Assembly (NCBI GenBank): GCA_964588985.1 | Contig: CAZPQW010000032.1 | Location: forward strand, 1-30,903 | Origin: an uncultured Solirubrobacteraceae bacterium | Lineage (GTDB): Bacteria > Actinomycetota > Thermoleophilia > Solirubrobacterales > Solirubrobacteraceae | DNA: 30,903 nucleotides | Reading direction: 5' to 3' | Shown: piece after piece, positions 1 through 8,144 of the stretch | Position numbering within the stretch: the stretch's first letter is position 1 | Layout of the letters: each line of letters starts with the position of its first letter | Made by a program: the position numbers and the translations under genes | The notes under the pieces: generated by a model | The model's database searches: none | Told to the model about the DNA's origin: nothing | The model's input: only the letters and a program-made list of their open reading frames with translations

Positions 1-769
1 CGGCTTCAACAACGTCGTGCCGGCACGCGGCGGGGACGTGATCAAGCTGTTCCTCACGCGCTCGTCGATCCCCGGTGCGCGCTATCCGACGGTCGCGGCG
101 GCGTTCTTCGTGGAGTCGATCTTCGACGCCACCGTGGGCGTGCTGGTGCTGATCTTCGCGTTCACCCAGGGCGTGTTCCCCAAGCCGCCCGACTTCTCCA
201 AACTGAGCTCGTTCGACATCTCCTACCTGGCCGAGCACTTCCGCCTGACGCTGTTCCTGATCACCCTGCTCGGCGTGCTCGGACTGGTCGCGTTCGCGCT
301 GCTGTCCGTGCGGGTGAAGGCGTTCTGGGCGCGTGTGCGACAGGGCGTGACGATTCTCAGCGACCGCCCGCGCTATCTGCGCGAGGTCGCTTCGCTGCAG
401 GTGATCGCGTGGCTGTGCCGCTTTGCCGCCTTCTGGTTCCTGCTGGACGCGTTTCGCGTGGGGGGCTCGGTGAAGAACGTGCTGCTCGTGTTCGCCGTCA
501 ACCAGGTCGCGGGCGCGGTGCCCTTCACGCCTGGTGGGGCGGGTGTGCAGCAGGCGCTGCTCGTGAAGGTGTTCGCCGCGAGCGCATCCACGGAGGTGGT
601 GGCCGCCTACTCGGTCGGCCAGCAGATCGCGATCGCCGCTTTCACCGCGCTCGCGGGACTCGGCGCGGTCGTGTTCATCTTCCGCTTCCGCTCGTTCAAG
701 GAGGTGCTCTACGCGGGGCGCGCGTCACGCGACGCGGAGCGAGCCGCCGAGCGGGCGGGCGTCTACTGA
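1..769 (+). CDS. Lysylphosphatidylglycerol-synthase TM-region / UPF0104 (YbhN-like) membrane protein, 5'-truncated by the window
   Basis: The frame is open from position 2 (GFNNVVPARGGDVIK). It has several hydrophobic segments and the family-typical motifs 'N..PARGGD..K' and 'VPFTPGGAG'. Stop is at 767-769. Confidence 0.8.
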   Translation, partial: GFNNVVPARGGDVIKLFLTRSSIPGARYPTVAAAFFVESIFDATVGVLVLIFAFTQGVFPKPPDFSKLSSFDISYLAEHFRLTLFLITLLGVLGLVAFALLSVRVKAFWARVRQGVTILSDRPRYLREVASLQVIAWLCRFAAFWFLLDAFRVGGSVKNVLLVFAVNQVAGAVPFTPGGAGVQQALLVKVFAASASTEVVAAYSVGQQIAIAAFTALAGLGAVVFIFRFRSFKEVLYAGRASRDAERAAERAGVY

Positions 770-777
770 GTCGCGAG

Positions 778-1050
778 TTACTGCAAGCCCTCGCGGGCCT
801 CGCGCACGAGCGCCACGGCCTCGGGGAAGACGTGCGCGATCACGGTCCTGATCTGCTCGGCCTGCGCGTCGGCGTTGCCCTGCACGTTGATCCGCTGCAC
901 GGCCGCCACCGTCATGTCCACGGCGAGCTTGATCGCGTTGTCCGCCCACGCCAGTCGCTGGTTGCCCTGCATTTGTTCGGCGAACTCAGCCAGCCGCCGC
1001 TGCAGCTCCTCAGGATCGCCGAACATGTCTCCGAGTCCGCCACTATCCAT
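778..1050 (-). CDS. Small alpha-helical hypothetical protein (90 aa, MDSGGLGDMFGDPEELQRRL...)
   Basis: Only the 3' part of ORF 778..1788 has protein-like composition; the rest is antisense to the 1076 gene. The ATG at 1050 lies 6 nt downstream of TATGAT. An alternative ATG is at 1026. Confidence 0.75.
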   Translation of the reverse strand: MDSGGLGDMFGDPEELQRRLAEFAEQMQGNQRLAWADNAIKLAVDMTVAAVQRINVQGNADAQAEQIRTVIAHVFPEAVALVREAREGLQ

Positions 1051-1056
1051 GCTCGC

Positions 1057-1066
1057 ATCATAGACT
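1057..1066. promoter_or_regulatory. Overlapping divergent -10 elements (TATGAT on minus 1062-1057; TAGACT on plus 1061-1066)
   Basis: Both hexamers match TAnnnT and share the central TA. They lie 6 nt and 9 nt from the two divergent start codons in a 25-bp spacer. Confidence 0.6.
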
Positions 1067-1075
1067 GCGCTGCTC

Positions 1076-1975
1076 GTGCCCAACGCAGCTGAGATAGCCA
1101 AGCAGGTGGAGACCGAGTCCGAACGTCGGAGCGTGCTCTCGGTGCCCGCGTTCGCCGGCGGGTTCCTGTACGTATTGAGCGCGATCATCATCAGCGGCAC
1201 GCTCAAAGGCGCGCCCACCGTGGGACTGGTCGAAGGCCTCGGGCCGGCGATCTCCGGCGTGGCAAACCCGACGGTCAGCCCGCGCGCATCGGAGGTCAAA
1301 TTCATCAGCCACCACGCGTTCACGCTGATCGTCGGCAGCGTGCTCGCCGCGATCGCGGTCGCTGCGCTGACGCTGATCCTGTGGCTGCTCTTGGACGCCA
1401 CACGCTTCCGTCGGCCGTCCACGTGGGTCGCCGCGCGACCGCTGGTGCTGTTCGGCGGCATCGCCGTCGCGGTCGTGAGCGTCGCCCACCAGGTGATCAG
1501 CGCGATCCAGACGCACAGCTTCGCCGTCGGGCACGACTTCTCCAACCACGCGGTCAACCACGCGCTCACCGAAGGCTCGGTCAACGTCACGATGGAGTAC
1601 ATCGACCTGCTCGCCGGGCTCGCGCTGGCGGCGGGCGTGATCGCGACGATGATCAACGCCCTGCGTACCGGGCTGCTGCCGCGCTGGATGGGAATCCTGG
1701 GGATCTTCAGCGGCCTGCTGATCTTCCTGCCGATCGGCGGTGCGGAGCTGCAGGTGGTGCCGGCGCTGTGGATGGTGATGATGGGCATCCTCTACGCCGG
1801 ACGCTGGCCAAACGCCGAGCCGCCCGCGTGGGCCGCCGGCGAGGCCCGGCCGTGGCCGTCGGGCGCGCAGGCGAGGGCCGCGAAGAACGCCGGTGGCGAC
1901 GTCGTGCCCGCCCCGTCTCCGCCCGTGCAGGCCGGCACCTCCCGCAAGCGTCGCAAGCGCGGCGCGCGCGGCTGA
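1076..1975 (+). CDS. Multi-pass membrane protein of unknown function (possibly DUF4386-like) with basic C-terminal tail
   Basis: 299 aa, about 6 hydrophobic segments, 'GLLPRWMGILG' segment, Pro-rich linker and SRKRRKRGARG tail. The family call is tentative. Confidence 0.75.
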   Translation: MPNAAEIAKQVETESERRSVLSVPAFAGGFLYVLSAIIISGTLKGAPTVGLVEGLGPAISGVANPTVSPRASEVKFISHHAFTLIVGSVLAAIAVAALTLILWLLLDATRFRRPSTWVAARPLVLFGGIAVAVVSVAHQVISAIQTHSFAVGHDFSNHAVNHALTEGSVNVTMEYIDLLAGLALAAGVIATMINALRTGLLPRWMGILGIFSGLLIFLPIGGAELQVVPALWMVMMGILYAGRWPNAEPPAWAAGEARPWPSGAQARAAKNAGGDVVPAPSPPVQAGTSRKRRKRGARG

Positions 1976-2016
1976 GAGCTCGCTAGCCGACTGTCCACCG
2001 CGCGCCCGCGGGGCGA

Positions 2017-2022
2017 TAGAGT
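2017..2022 (+). promoter_or_regulatory. -10 element (TAGAGT) of a leaderless acs transcript
   Basis: TAGAGT followed by 6 nt and the ATG at 2029; no SD sequence. Confidence 0.55.
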
Positions 2023-2028
2023 CGAACC

Positions 2029-4023
2029 ATGGCCACAGACTCCGAGCAGGCTGGCAGCGACGCGCTCGATGAGAGACTGGCGTCGCTGCTCGAGGTCGAG
2101 AAGTTCGACCCGCCCGCCGAGTTTGTCCGCGATGCGCTGCTGAGCGATCCAGCTGTCTACGAGCAGGCCGCAGCCGACCCGCAGGCCTGGTGGGCCGGCC
2201 AGGCGGAGCGGCTGGACTGGTTCCAGAAGTGGACGAGGGTGCTCGACGACGACGAGCCGCCGTTCTACAAGTGGTTCACCGCCGGCACGCTCAACGTGTC
2301 CTACAACTGCCTCGACCGGCACGTGATCGCGGGCCGCGGCGAGCGAGTGGCGTTTCACTGGCGCGGGGAGGAGGGGCAGGAGCGAGACATCACCTATGCG
2401 CAGCTGCTCGCTGATGTCGAACGCTTCGCCAGCGCGCTGAAGGATTTGGGCGTGGCCGCGGGCGACGTGGTCGGGATCTACCTGCCGATGATCCCCGAGG
2501 TGGTCGTCGCGATGCTCGCGTGCGCGCGCATCGGCGCCCCGCACAACGTCGTCTTCGGCGGGTTCTCCGCGGAGGCTGTGCGCGAGCGGATGGAGTTCTC
2601 CGAGGCGAAGGTGCTGATCACAGTCGACGGCGCCGCGCGCAAGGGCAAGACCGCGGCGGTCAAGGATCGCGTCGACGAGGTGATGGGCGACCTGTGCACG
2701 CTCGAGAAGATCGTGGTGGTCCAGAGCAAGGGCACGCCGTGTCAGATGCAGGACGGTCGCGACGTCTTCTACGAGGACATCGTCGCGGCCGCTGACCCCA
2801 CCTGCCCGGCCGAGGCGCTCGACGCCGAGCACCCACTGTTCATCCTCTACACCTCGGGATCGACCGCCAAGCCTAAGGGCATCCTGCACACGACGGGTGG
2901 CTATCTCACCGGCGTCGCGGCGACGCACCGCGCGGTGTTCGACCTCCAGCCGGAGAAGGACGTGTACTGGTGCGCCGCGGACGTCGGCTGGATAACCGGC
3001 CACTCCTACATCGTCTACGGACCGCTGTGCAACGGCGCCACGTCGGTGATGTGGGAGGGCGCCCCGGACTACCCCAACACGGGCATCTGGTGGGAGATCG
3101 TGGAGCGCTACGGCGTGACGATCCTCTACTGCGCTCCGACCGCGATTCGCGCGTGCATCAAGTGGGGCGCGCGGTGGCCGGAAAGCCACGACCTCTCCTC
3201 GCTGCGGCTGCTCGGATCGGTGGGGGAGCCGATCAACCCGAAGGCGTGGCTTTGGTACCACGAGGTGATCGGCGGCGGACGCTGCCCGATCGTGGACACG
3301 TGGTGGCAGACGGAGACCGGCGCGATCATGATCACGCCGCTGCCGGGCATCACCTCCACCAAGCCCGGCTCGGCCACACAGGCGTTCCCGGGCGTGTTCG
3401 CGGAAGTGCTCGATGAGTCGACCGGCGAACCGGTCGAGGAGGGCCAGGGCCTGCTCGTGCTGACCCATCCGTGGCCGTCGATGCTGCGCACCCTCTACAA
3501 GGAGGAGGAGCGCTTCGTCGAGACGTACTTCAAGCGTTTCGGCAACGGGACCTACCTCGTGGGCGACGCCGCTCGGCGCGACCGTGACGGCTACTTCTGG
3601 GTGATCGGGCGCATCGACGACGTCGTCAACGTGTCCGGCCATCGTCTGTCGACCGCGGAGGTGGAGTCGGCGATCGTGGCGCACGCCGACGTGGCCGAGG
3701 CCGCCGTGATCGGCCAGCACGACGAGGACACAGGGCAGGCGATCGTGGCGTTCGTGACGCTGCAGGGGCACGTCGAAGGCGACGACGGGACCGTCGACGG
3801 GATCCGCGCGACTGTTGCGGAGCGGATCGGCAAGTTCGCCCGTCCCAAGCGGATCATCTGGACCGACGATCTCCCCAAGACGCGCTCGGGGAAGATCATG
3901 CGCCGGCTGCTGCGCGACATCGCCGAGGGGCGGGCGCTCGGCGACGTGACAACGCTGCGCGACCCGGCCGTGATGGAGCAGCTGGAGGGACGCGTGAAGG
4001 AGATGCAGGCGCAGGAGGACTGA
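2029..4023 (+). CDS. acs: Acetyl-coenzyme A synthetase (acetate-CoA ligase)
   Basis: 664 aa with AMP-binding loop YTSGSTAKPKG, DTWWQTETG, GRIDDVVNVSGHRL and LPKTRSGKIMRR (catalytic/acetylation Lys). Confidence 0.97.
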   Translation: MATDSEQAGSDALDERLASLLEVEKFDPPAEFVRDALLSDPAVYEQAAADPQAWWAGQAERLDWFQKWTRVLDDDEPPFYKWFTAGTLNVSYNCLDRHVIAGRGERVAFHWRGEEGQERDITYAQLLADVERFASALKDLGVAAGDVVGIYLPMIPEVVVAMLACARIGAPHNVVFGGFSAEAVRERMEFSEAKVLITVDGAARKGKTAAVKDRVDEVMGDLCTLEKIVVVQSKGTPCQMQDGRDVFYEDIVAAADPTCPAEALDAEHPLFILYTSGSTAKPKGILHTTGGYLTGVAATHRAVFDLQPEKDVYWCAADVGWITGHSYIVYGPLCNGATSVMWEGAPDYPNTGIWWEIVERYGVTILYCAPTAIRACIKWGARWPESHDLSSLRLLGSVGEPINPKAWLWYHEVIGGGRCPIVDTWWQTETGAIMITPLPGITSTKPGSATQAFPGVFAEVLDESTGEPVEEGQGLLVLTHPWPSMLRTLYKEEERFVETYFKRFGNGTYLVGDAARRDRDGYFWVIGRIDDVVNVSGHRLSTAEVESAIVAHADVAEAAVIGQHDEDTGQAIVAFVTLQGHVEGDDGTVDGIRATVAERIGKFARPKRIIWTDDLPKTRSGKIMRRLLRDIAEGRALGDVTTLRDPAVMEQLEGRVKEMQAQED

Positions 4024-4035
4024 CCGCCCTGTTTC

Positions 4036-4066
4036 GAGCGCCGGAGTTCGCGGCGCTTGTGTTTCT
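4036..4066 (+). terminator. Intrinsic terminator after acs
   Basis: Stem agcgccg (4037-4043) pairs with cggcgct (4051-4057) around a 7-nt loop, followed by a T-rich tract tgtgtttct. Confidence 0.65.
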
Positions 4067-4096
4067 CATGAGATCTTTAGGCTGCTCTGAGAGGCT
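4064..4096 (+). promoter_or_regulatory. Candidate operator/promoter of the ABC operon
   Basis: Perfect palindrome TCTCATGAGA (4064-4073). Hexamers TCTCAT/CTTTAG/TCTGAG repeat at 11-bp period. -10 candidates are TAGGCT (4078) and GAGGCT (4091). Confidence 0.4.
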
Positions 4097-4102
4097 GCGC
4101 CG

Positions 4103-5080
4103 GTGAGCAGCGCAGACCTCTCCGGATCCGGCCTTGCGATCGAGACGAATGGCCTGACCAAGCGCTTTGGCGAGCGCACGGCGCTCGACGGCATCGACCT
4201 GCGCGTGCCGCGAGGAAGCGCCTTCGGCTTCCTCGGGCCCAACGGCGCGGGGAAGACCACGATCATCCGCACGCTGCTCGGGCTCACAGCGGCCGACGCG
4301 GGGACGATGCACGTTCTCGGGCACGCGGTGCCCCAGGAGCGGGCGCAGGCGCTGCAGCGCGTGGGCGCGATCGTGGAGGAGCCCCGCTTTCACATGCACC
4401 TGACCGGGCGAGAGAACCTGCGCATCGTCGCCGCGGTGCGCGGACCCGAGGCGGACGCACGGATCGATCCGGCGCTCGCACGCGTGGGCCTGTCCGAGCG
4501 CGCCGATCAGAAGGTCAAGAGCTACTCGATGGGCATGCGCCAGCGCCTCGGCGTGGCTCGCTGCCTGCTCGCCGACCCGCTGCTGCTGATCCTCGACGAG
4601 CCCACCAACGGTCTCGACCCCGGCGGCATCCAGGAGTTCCGCGAGATGATCCGCGCGATGGTCGAGCAGGAGGGACGCACGGTGTTCGTCTCCTCTCACC
4701 TCCTGGACGAGGTCGAAAAGACCTGCGACGCGGCCGCGATCGTCGACCGCGGCAAGATCATCACGCAGGGCACGATCGCCGATCTCGCCGGCGGCGGCGC
4801 CGCACGCCACGAGTTGATCCTGGGCGTGGACGATCCCGATCGCGCACTCGGCGCGCTCGAAGCAAGCGAGCTGGTGCTCGAGTCGCATCGCTCCGACGAG
4901 GGTCTGCGGGTCGTGCTGGCTGGCGAGCCCCAGAGCGCCGCACAGGTGAACGCCCTGCTCGTGAACGCGGGCATCGGCGTGGCGCGGCTGGAGCCGGTCC
5001 GCCACAGTCTCGAGCAGCGCTTCCTCGAGATCACATCCAGGCTCGATGCCGATCTCGTGCCCGAGGAGGTGAAGGCGTGA
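4103..5080 (+). CDS. ABC transporter ATP-binding protein (BcrA / peptide-antibiotic-resistance-like, ABC-2 type)
   Basis: Walker A GPNGAGKTT, signature YSMGMRQR, Walker B/D-loop LILDEPTNGLD, SSH switch and C-terminal SLEQRF. Confidence 0.93.
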   Translation: MSSADLSGSGLAIETNGLTKRFGERTALDGIDLRVPRGSAFGFLGPNGAGKTTIIRTLLGLTAADAGTMHVLGHAVPQERAQALQRVGAIVEEPRFHMHLTGRENLRIVAAVRGPEADARIDPALARVGLSERADQKVKSYSMGMRQRLGVARCLLADPLLLILDEPTNGLDPGGIQEFREMIRAMVEQEGRTVFVSSHLLDEVEKTCDAAAIVDRGKIITQGTIADLAGGGAARHELILGVDDPDRALGALEASELVLESHRSDEGLRVVLAGEPQSAAQVNALLVNAGIGVARLEPVRHSLEQRFLEITSRLDADLVPEEVKA

Positions 5081-5859
5081 GCCCGACGATCGCCATGCGG
5101 ATGTTCGGAGCGGACTTCCTCAAGATCCGCAAGAAGCGCGGCACGTTGATCTGGGCCTTGGTGCTGGCGCTCGCGCCCCTGCTGATCTTCTTCATCGTCG
5201 CAGCCGCCCAACACTCCTCCAACCCGAACAACGCCCCCGCGGGTGGGCTCAGTGGCTATCGCGACGCGATCAGGATCCTCGCGGCGTTCTTCGGTCCGCT
5301 CGCCGCGATCATGATCGGCACCGACAGCGGGGCCGGCGATGTGACGGCGGGGGTGTTCCGCGACCTCGTCGTCACGGGCCGCTCGCGGTTGGCGCTGTTC
5401 GCCTCGCGCGCGCCCGCCGCGCTCGCCCTGACATGGGCGGTGGTTTGCATCGGCTACGCGCTCACTCTGATCGGGACGTTCGCCTTCGCGTCCGGTACGC
5501 CGACGCCGGCTGCATCGCTGCTGGTCAACGGCTTTGCCTACTCGCTGCTCTCCACCGGCGTCGTCTGCGTGGTGGCGGTCGGCTTCGCCTCGCTGACGGC
5601 ATCGCGCCCGGCCGCCCTGACCGTGCTGATCGGGTGGCAGCTCGTCGCCAGCCCGATCCTCGCCAACATCGAATCGCTCGGCAACTCGCGCAAGCTCGTG
5701 CTCAGCCAGGCGATCTCGCACTTCAGCCCCGTGAGGCTGGACGGCGGACGCGGCTCGGTCGTGACGATGTCGGGCGCCACCGCGGTGATCGTGCTGCTGG
5801 GCTGGCTCGCCGTGTTCCTCGCGCTCGGCGCGTGGCGCACGCGCACCATGGACGCCTGA
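5077..5859 (+). CDS. ABC-2 type transporter permease
   Basis: GTGA overlap with the ATPase gene, about 6 TM segments, N-terminal 'ADFLKIR' and C-terminal 'RTMDA', typical of this permease class. Confidence 0.88.
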   Translation: MSPTIAMRMFGADFLKIRKKRGTLIWALVLALAPLLIFFIVAAAQHSSNPNNAPAGGLSGYRDAIRILAAFFGPLAAIMIGTDSGAGDVTAGVFRDLVVTGRSRLALFASRAPAALALTWAVVCIGYALTLIGTFAFASGTPTPAASLLVNGFAYSLLSTGVVCVVAVGFASLTASRPAALTVLIGWQLVASPILANIESLGNSRKLVLSQAISHFSPVRLDGGRGSVVTMSGATAVIVLLGWLAVFLALGAWRTRTMDA

Positions 5860-5900
5860 ACAGGCAGCCGCTGGGCGGCGCGATGCTACTTCCTCGCCGC

Positions 5901-5989
5901 TGAACGCGAAGTAACGCGTGCTTAACAATTCCTCATAAATTAGATCGAGATTATGCTATTTGTTGTGCTCCATCCAAAACCCAAGGAGG
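5901..5989 (+). promoter_or_regulatory. AT-rich promoter/operator region and SD of the arylsulfotransferase gene
   Basis: Marked AT-rich patch at 5921-5980, -10 candidate TATGCT (5952-5957), SD AAGGAGG (5983-5989) 7 nt before the ATG, plus direct and inverted repeats. Confidence 0.6.
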
Positions 5990-5996
5990 CAGCAAC

Positions 5997-7241
5997 ATGT
6001 CAATCCGCTTTCGTTCAACATCGAGACTCCGCTCGCTCGGGCGGGCTCTCGCGCTGATCGTGATCACGGTGCCGGGCGCGTTCTCCGCCGCGGCGGTCAC
6101 GTCGGGCATCGCCGTCGCGCAGGCGAGCGGCCCGCCGCCGGTCTCGATCCTCACCTCGTCACCCGGTATCGGCCGGGGGGACATATTCATCTCTCCGTTC
6201 GGCGACCAGAGCACCTACGACAACGGACCTGAGATCCTCGACAGCCACGGCAACGTGGTGTGGTTCAAAGCAGTGCCGGCGGGCCAGGAGGCGAGTGACT
6301 TCCGCACCCAGACCTACCACGGTCAGCGCGTGCTGACCTGGTGGCAGGGCACGGGGCTCGGAGGCCTCGCCAAAGGCACCGACTACATCTACAACGACCA
6401 CTACCAGCAGATCGCCACGGTGAACGCCGGCAACGGTCTCAGCGCCGACGGCCACGAGTTCCTGATTACACCGTGGAACACCGCGCTGATCCTGTCCTAC
6501 ACGACCGCCACCGCGGACCTCACGTCGATCGGCGGCCCGTCCAACCAGACGGTCATCGACGGCGTGGTGCAGGAGATCGACATCGCAACCGGCAAGGTGC
6601 TGTTCCAGTGGAACAGCCAGGACCACGTACCGTTCAGCCAGAGCGAGCAGCCGCTGCCCGCCTCGGCGAGCACGCCGTGGGACTGGTTCCACATCAACGC
6701 GGTGCACCTCGACACCAACGGCAACCTGCTCATCGACGCCCGCAACACGTGGACGACGTACGACGTGAGCCCGTTCAGCGGCAAGATCCTGTGGCAGCTG
6801 GGCGGCAAGGCCAGCAGCTTCACCGTGCAGGCTGGTCCGGGACAGTCATTGGACAGCGCGGGTGAGATCTTCGCCTGGCAGCACGACCCCGAGGCGCTCG
6901 GCAACGGCGTGTACACGTTCTTCGACAACGAGTCGTCGGGCGTAGCGTTGTTCCCAAGCACCCGTGCGGTCACGGTGAAGCTCAACCCGTGGAACCACAC
7001 GGCCACGCTGCTCGCGTCGGTGGACCAGCCCGAGGGGCTCGTGGCGCCGTCGCAGGGCAACGCGCAGACGACGCGCGAGGGCAACCTGTTCGTCGGCTGG
7101 GGGTCTCTGCCGTACCTCTCGGAGTTCGACCGCTTCGGCCAGCTCGTGTTCAACGCGCAGTTCCCGGCTGGTGTGAACAGCTACCGCGCGTACCTGCTGC
7201 CGTGGGGCGAGGGCCACTCCGGATTCCCGGGGCACTCCTAG
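5997..7241 (+). CDS. Secreted arylsulfotransferase (ASST / Arylsulfotran_2)-family beta-propeller protein
   Basis: Signal peptide ending AVAQA and family motifs 'DGHEFLIT', 'DWFHINAV', 'ILWQLGGK', 'WQHD', 'SQGNAQ', 'FVGWG' and 'SYRAY'. Confidence 0.88.
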   Translation: MSIRFRSTSRLRSLGRALALIVITVPGAFSAAAVTSGIAVAQASGPPPVSILTSSPGIGRGDIFISPFGDQSTYDNGPEILDSHGNVVWFKAVPAGQEASDFRTQTYHGQRVLTWWQGTGLGGLAKGTDYIYNDHYQQIATVNAGNGLSADGHEFLITPWNTALILSYTTATADLTSIGGPSNQTVIDGVVQEIDIATGKVLFQWNSQDHVPFSQSEQPLPASASTPWDWFHINAVHLDTNGNLLIDARNTWTTYDVSPFSGKILWQLGGKASSFTVQAGPGQSLDSAGEIFAWQHDPEALGNGVYTFFDNESSGVALFPSTRAVTVKLNPWNHTATLLASVDQPEGLVAPSQGNAQTTREGNLFVGWGSLPYLSEFDRFGQLVFNAQFPAGVNSYRAYLLPWGEGHSGFPGHS

Positions 7242-7247
7242 CGGCTC

Positions 7248-7301
7248 GCATCCGCGCCGGTCTCGAGAGTCGCCACGTGCGCTCTCGGGGCCGGCGGGTG
7301 C
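7248..7301. terminator. Long GC-rich hairpin between the convergent ASST and thyX genes (probable bidirectional terminator)
   Basis: cgccgg-tctc-gagag (7255-7269) pairs with ctctc-gggg-ccggcg (7282-7296) with 2 G-U pairs. It extends inward (cgc/gcg) and outward (gcatcc/gggtgc). No U-tail. Confidence 0.6.
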
Positions 7302-7303
7302 CG

Positions 7304-8092
7304 CTACACCTTGCGGTGCTCGGGCACCCAGCAGCCGTCCTCGCCGCGGGTGAAGTCCTGGAACAGGTCGGGCGCCTCGTCCTGCATCACGCGGGCGATC
7401 CTGTCGAACACGAGGCGCAGCTCCTCCTCGGCGCCCTCCGCGGTGCGCATCTCGATCACGTGGCGCAGGGTGCGCGCGTTGGCCGTCCACACGATGTCGG
7501 TGCTGAGGCCGATCGGCGCGAGCCGGCGCAGGGCCGAGGTGACCTCCTTCTTGACGTGGAACGGCACGCCGTCCCCGTCGATGCCGAGCTCCGTCGCCGC
7601 GCTCACCTGGAACTCCTCGAGCTGCTCCACGATCGAGAGCACCTGCTCGCGCACCGGCTCGAGAGCGGGGGGCACGCGGAAGCCGATGTCGGTGAGGCGC
7701 ACGTAGCGCAGGCTCTCCTGGCTGAACGCCGAGCCGGCCCTATGCCTGACGAGCTCGTGGGTGAAGACGCGGCTGACATTTCTCAGCGCGAAGGAGTAGT
7801 TGGCGTGCTCGAGCACGCTGCCGTGCGCTGAGCGCAGGATGTTGGCGAAGTACTCGCGCCGGTCGGTGCGCACGCGCGTGACGTTCGGGTTCAGCCCCGG
7901 CTCCCAGCTGCGGTAGCAGGCGCGGCCGCCGAACTCCACGATCAGCTGGCCGCCGTTCGGTGCGCCCTCGGCCTCCTCCACGCGCCGATCCAGCCACGAC
8001 TCGCCGCCGACGTCGCGCAGGTAGGCGCGCATGCCGTCGAGGTCGATCGAGGGGCGCGCGATCAGGTACACGCCTGGAGTGGTCTCGTGCAT
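7304..8092 (-). CDS. thyX: FAD-dependent thymidylate synthase
   Basis: ThyX signature HELVRHRAGSAFSQESLRY, plus AHGSVLEH, GRACYRS and NARTLRHVIEMR. The start was trimmed to the ATG at 8092 (262 aa), which has TAGGAT upstream. Confidence 0.96.
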   Translation of the reverse strand: MHETTPGVYLIARPSIDLDGMRAYLRDVGGESWLDRRVEEAEGAPNGGQLIVEFGGRACYRSWEPGLNPNVTRVRTDRREYFANILRSAHGSVLEHANYSFALRNVSRVFTHELVRHRAGSAFSQESLRYVRLTDIGFRVPPALEPVREQVLSIVEQLEEFQVSAATELGIDGDGVPFHVKKEVTSALRRLAPIGLSTDIVWTANARTLRHVIEMRTAEGAEEELRLVFDRIARVMQDEAPDLFQDFTRGEDGCWVPEHRKV

Positions 8093-8144
8093 CGGGCGAG
8101 CGATCCTACCTCCCGCGTCGGGCGTCCCCGTACACTGCTTGGCA

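Noticed and set aside
1051-1788. Upstream part of the 336-aa minus ORF 778..1788
   Set aside because: Antisense shadow of the 1076 membrane gene; only the last 90 codons look real.
1792-3771. 659-aa ORF antisense to acs
   Set aside because: Arg/His-rich shadow ORF caused by high GC3 codon bias; no motifs.
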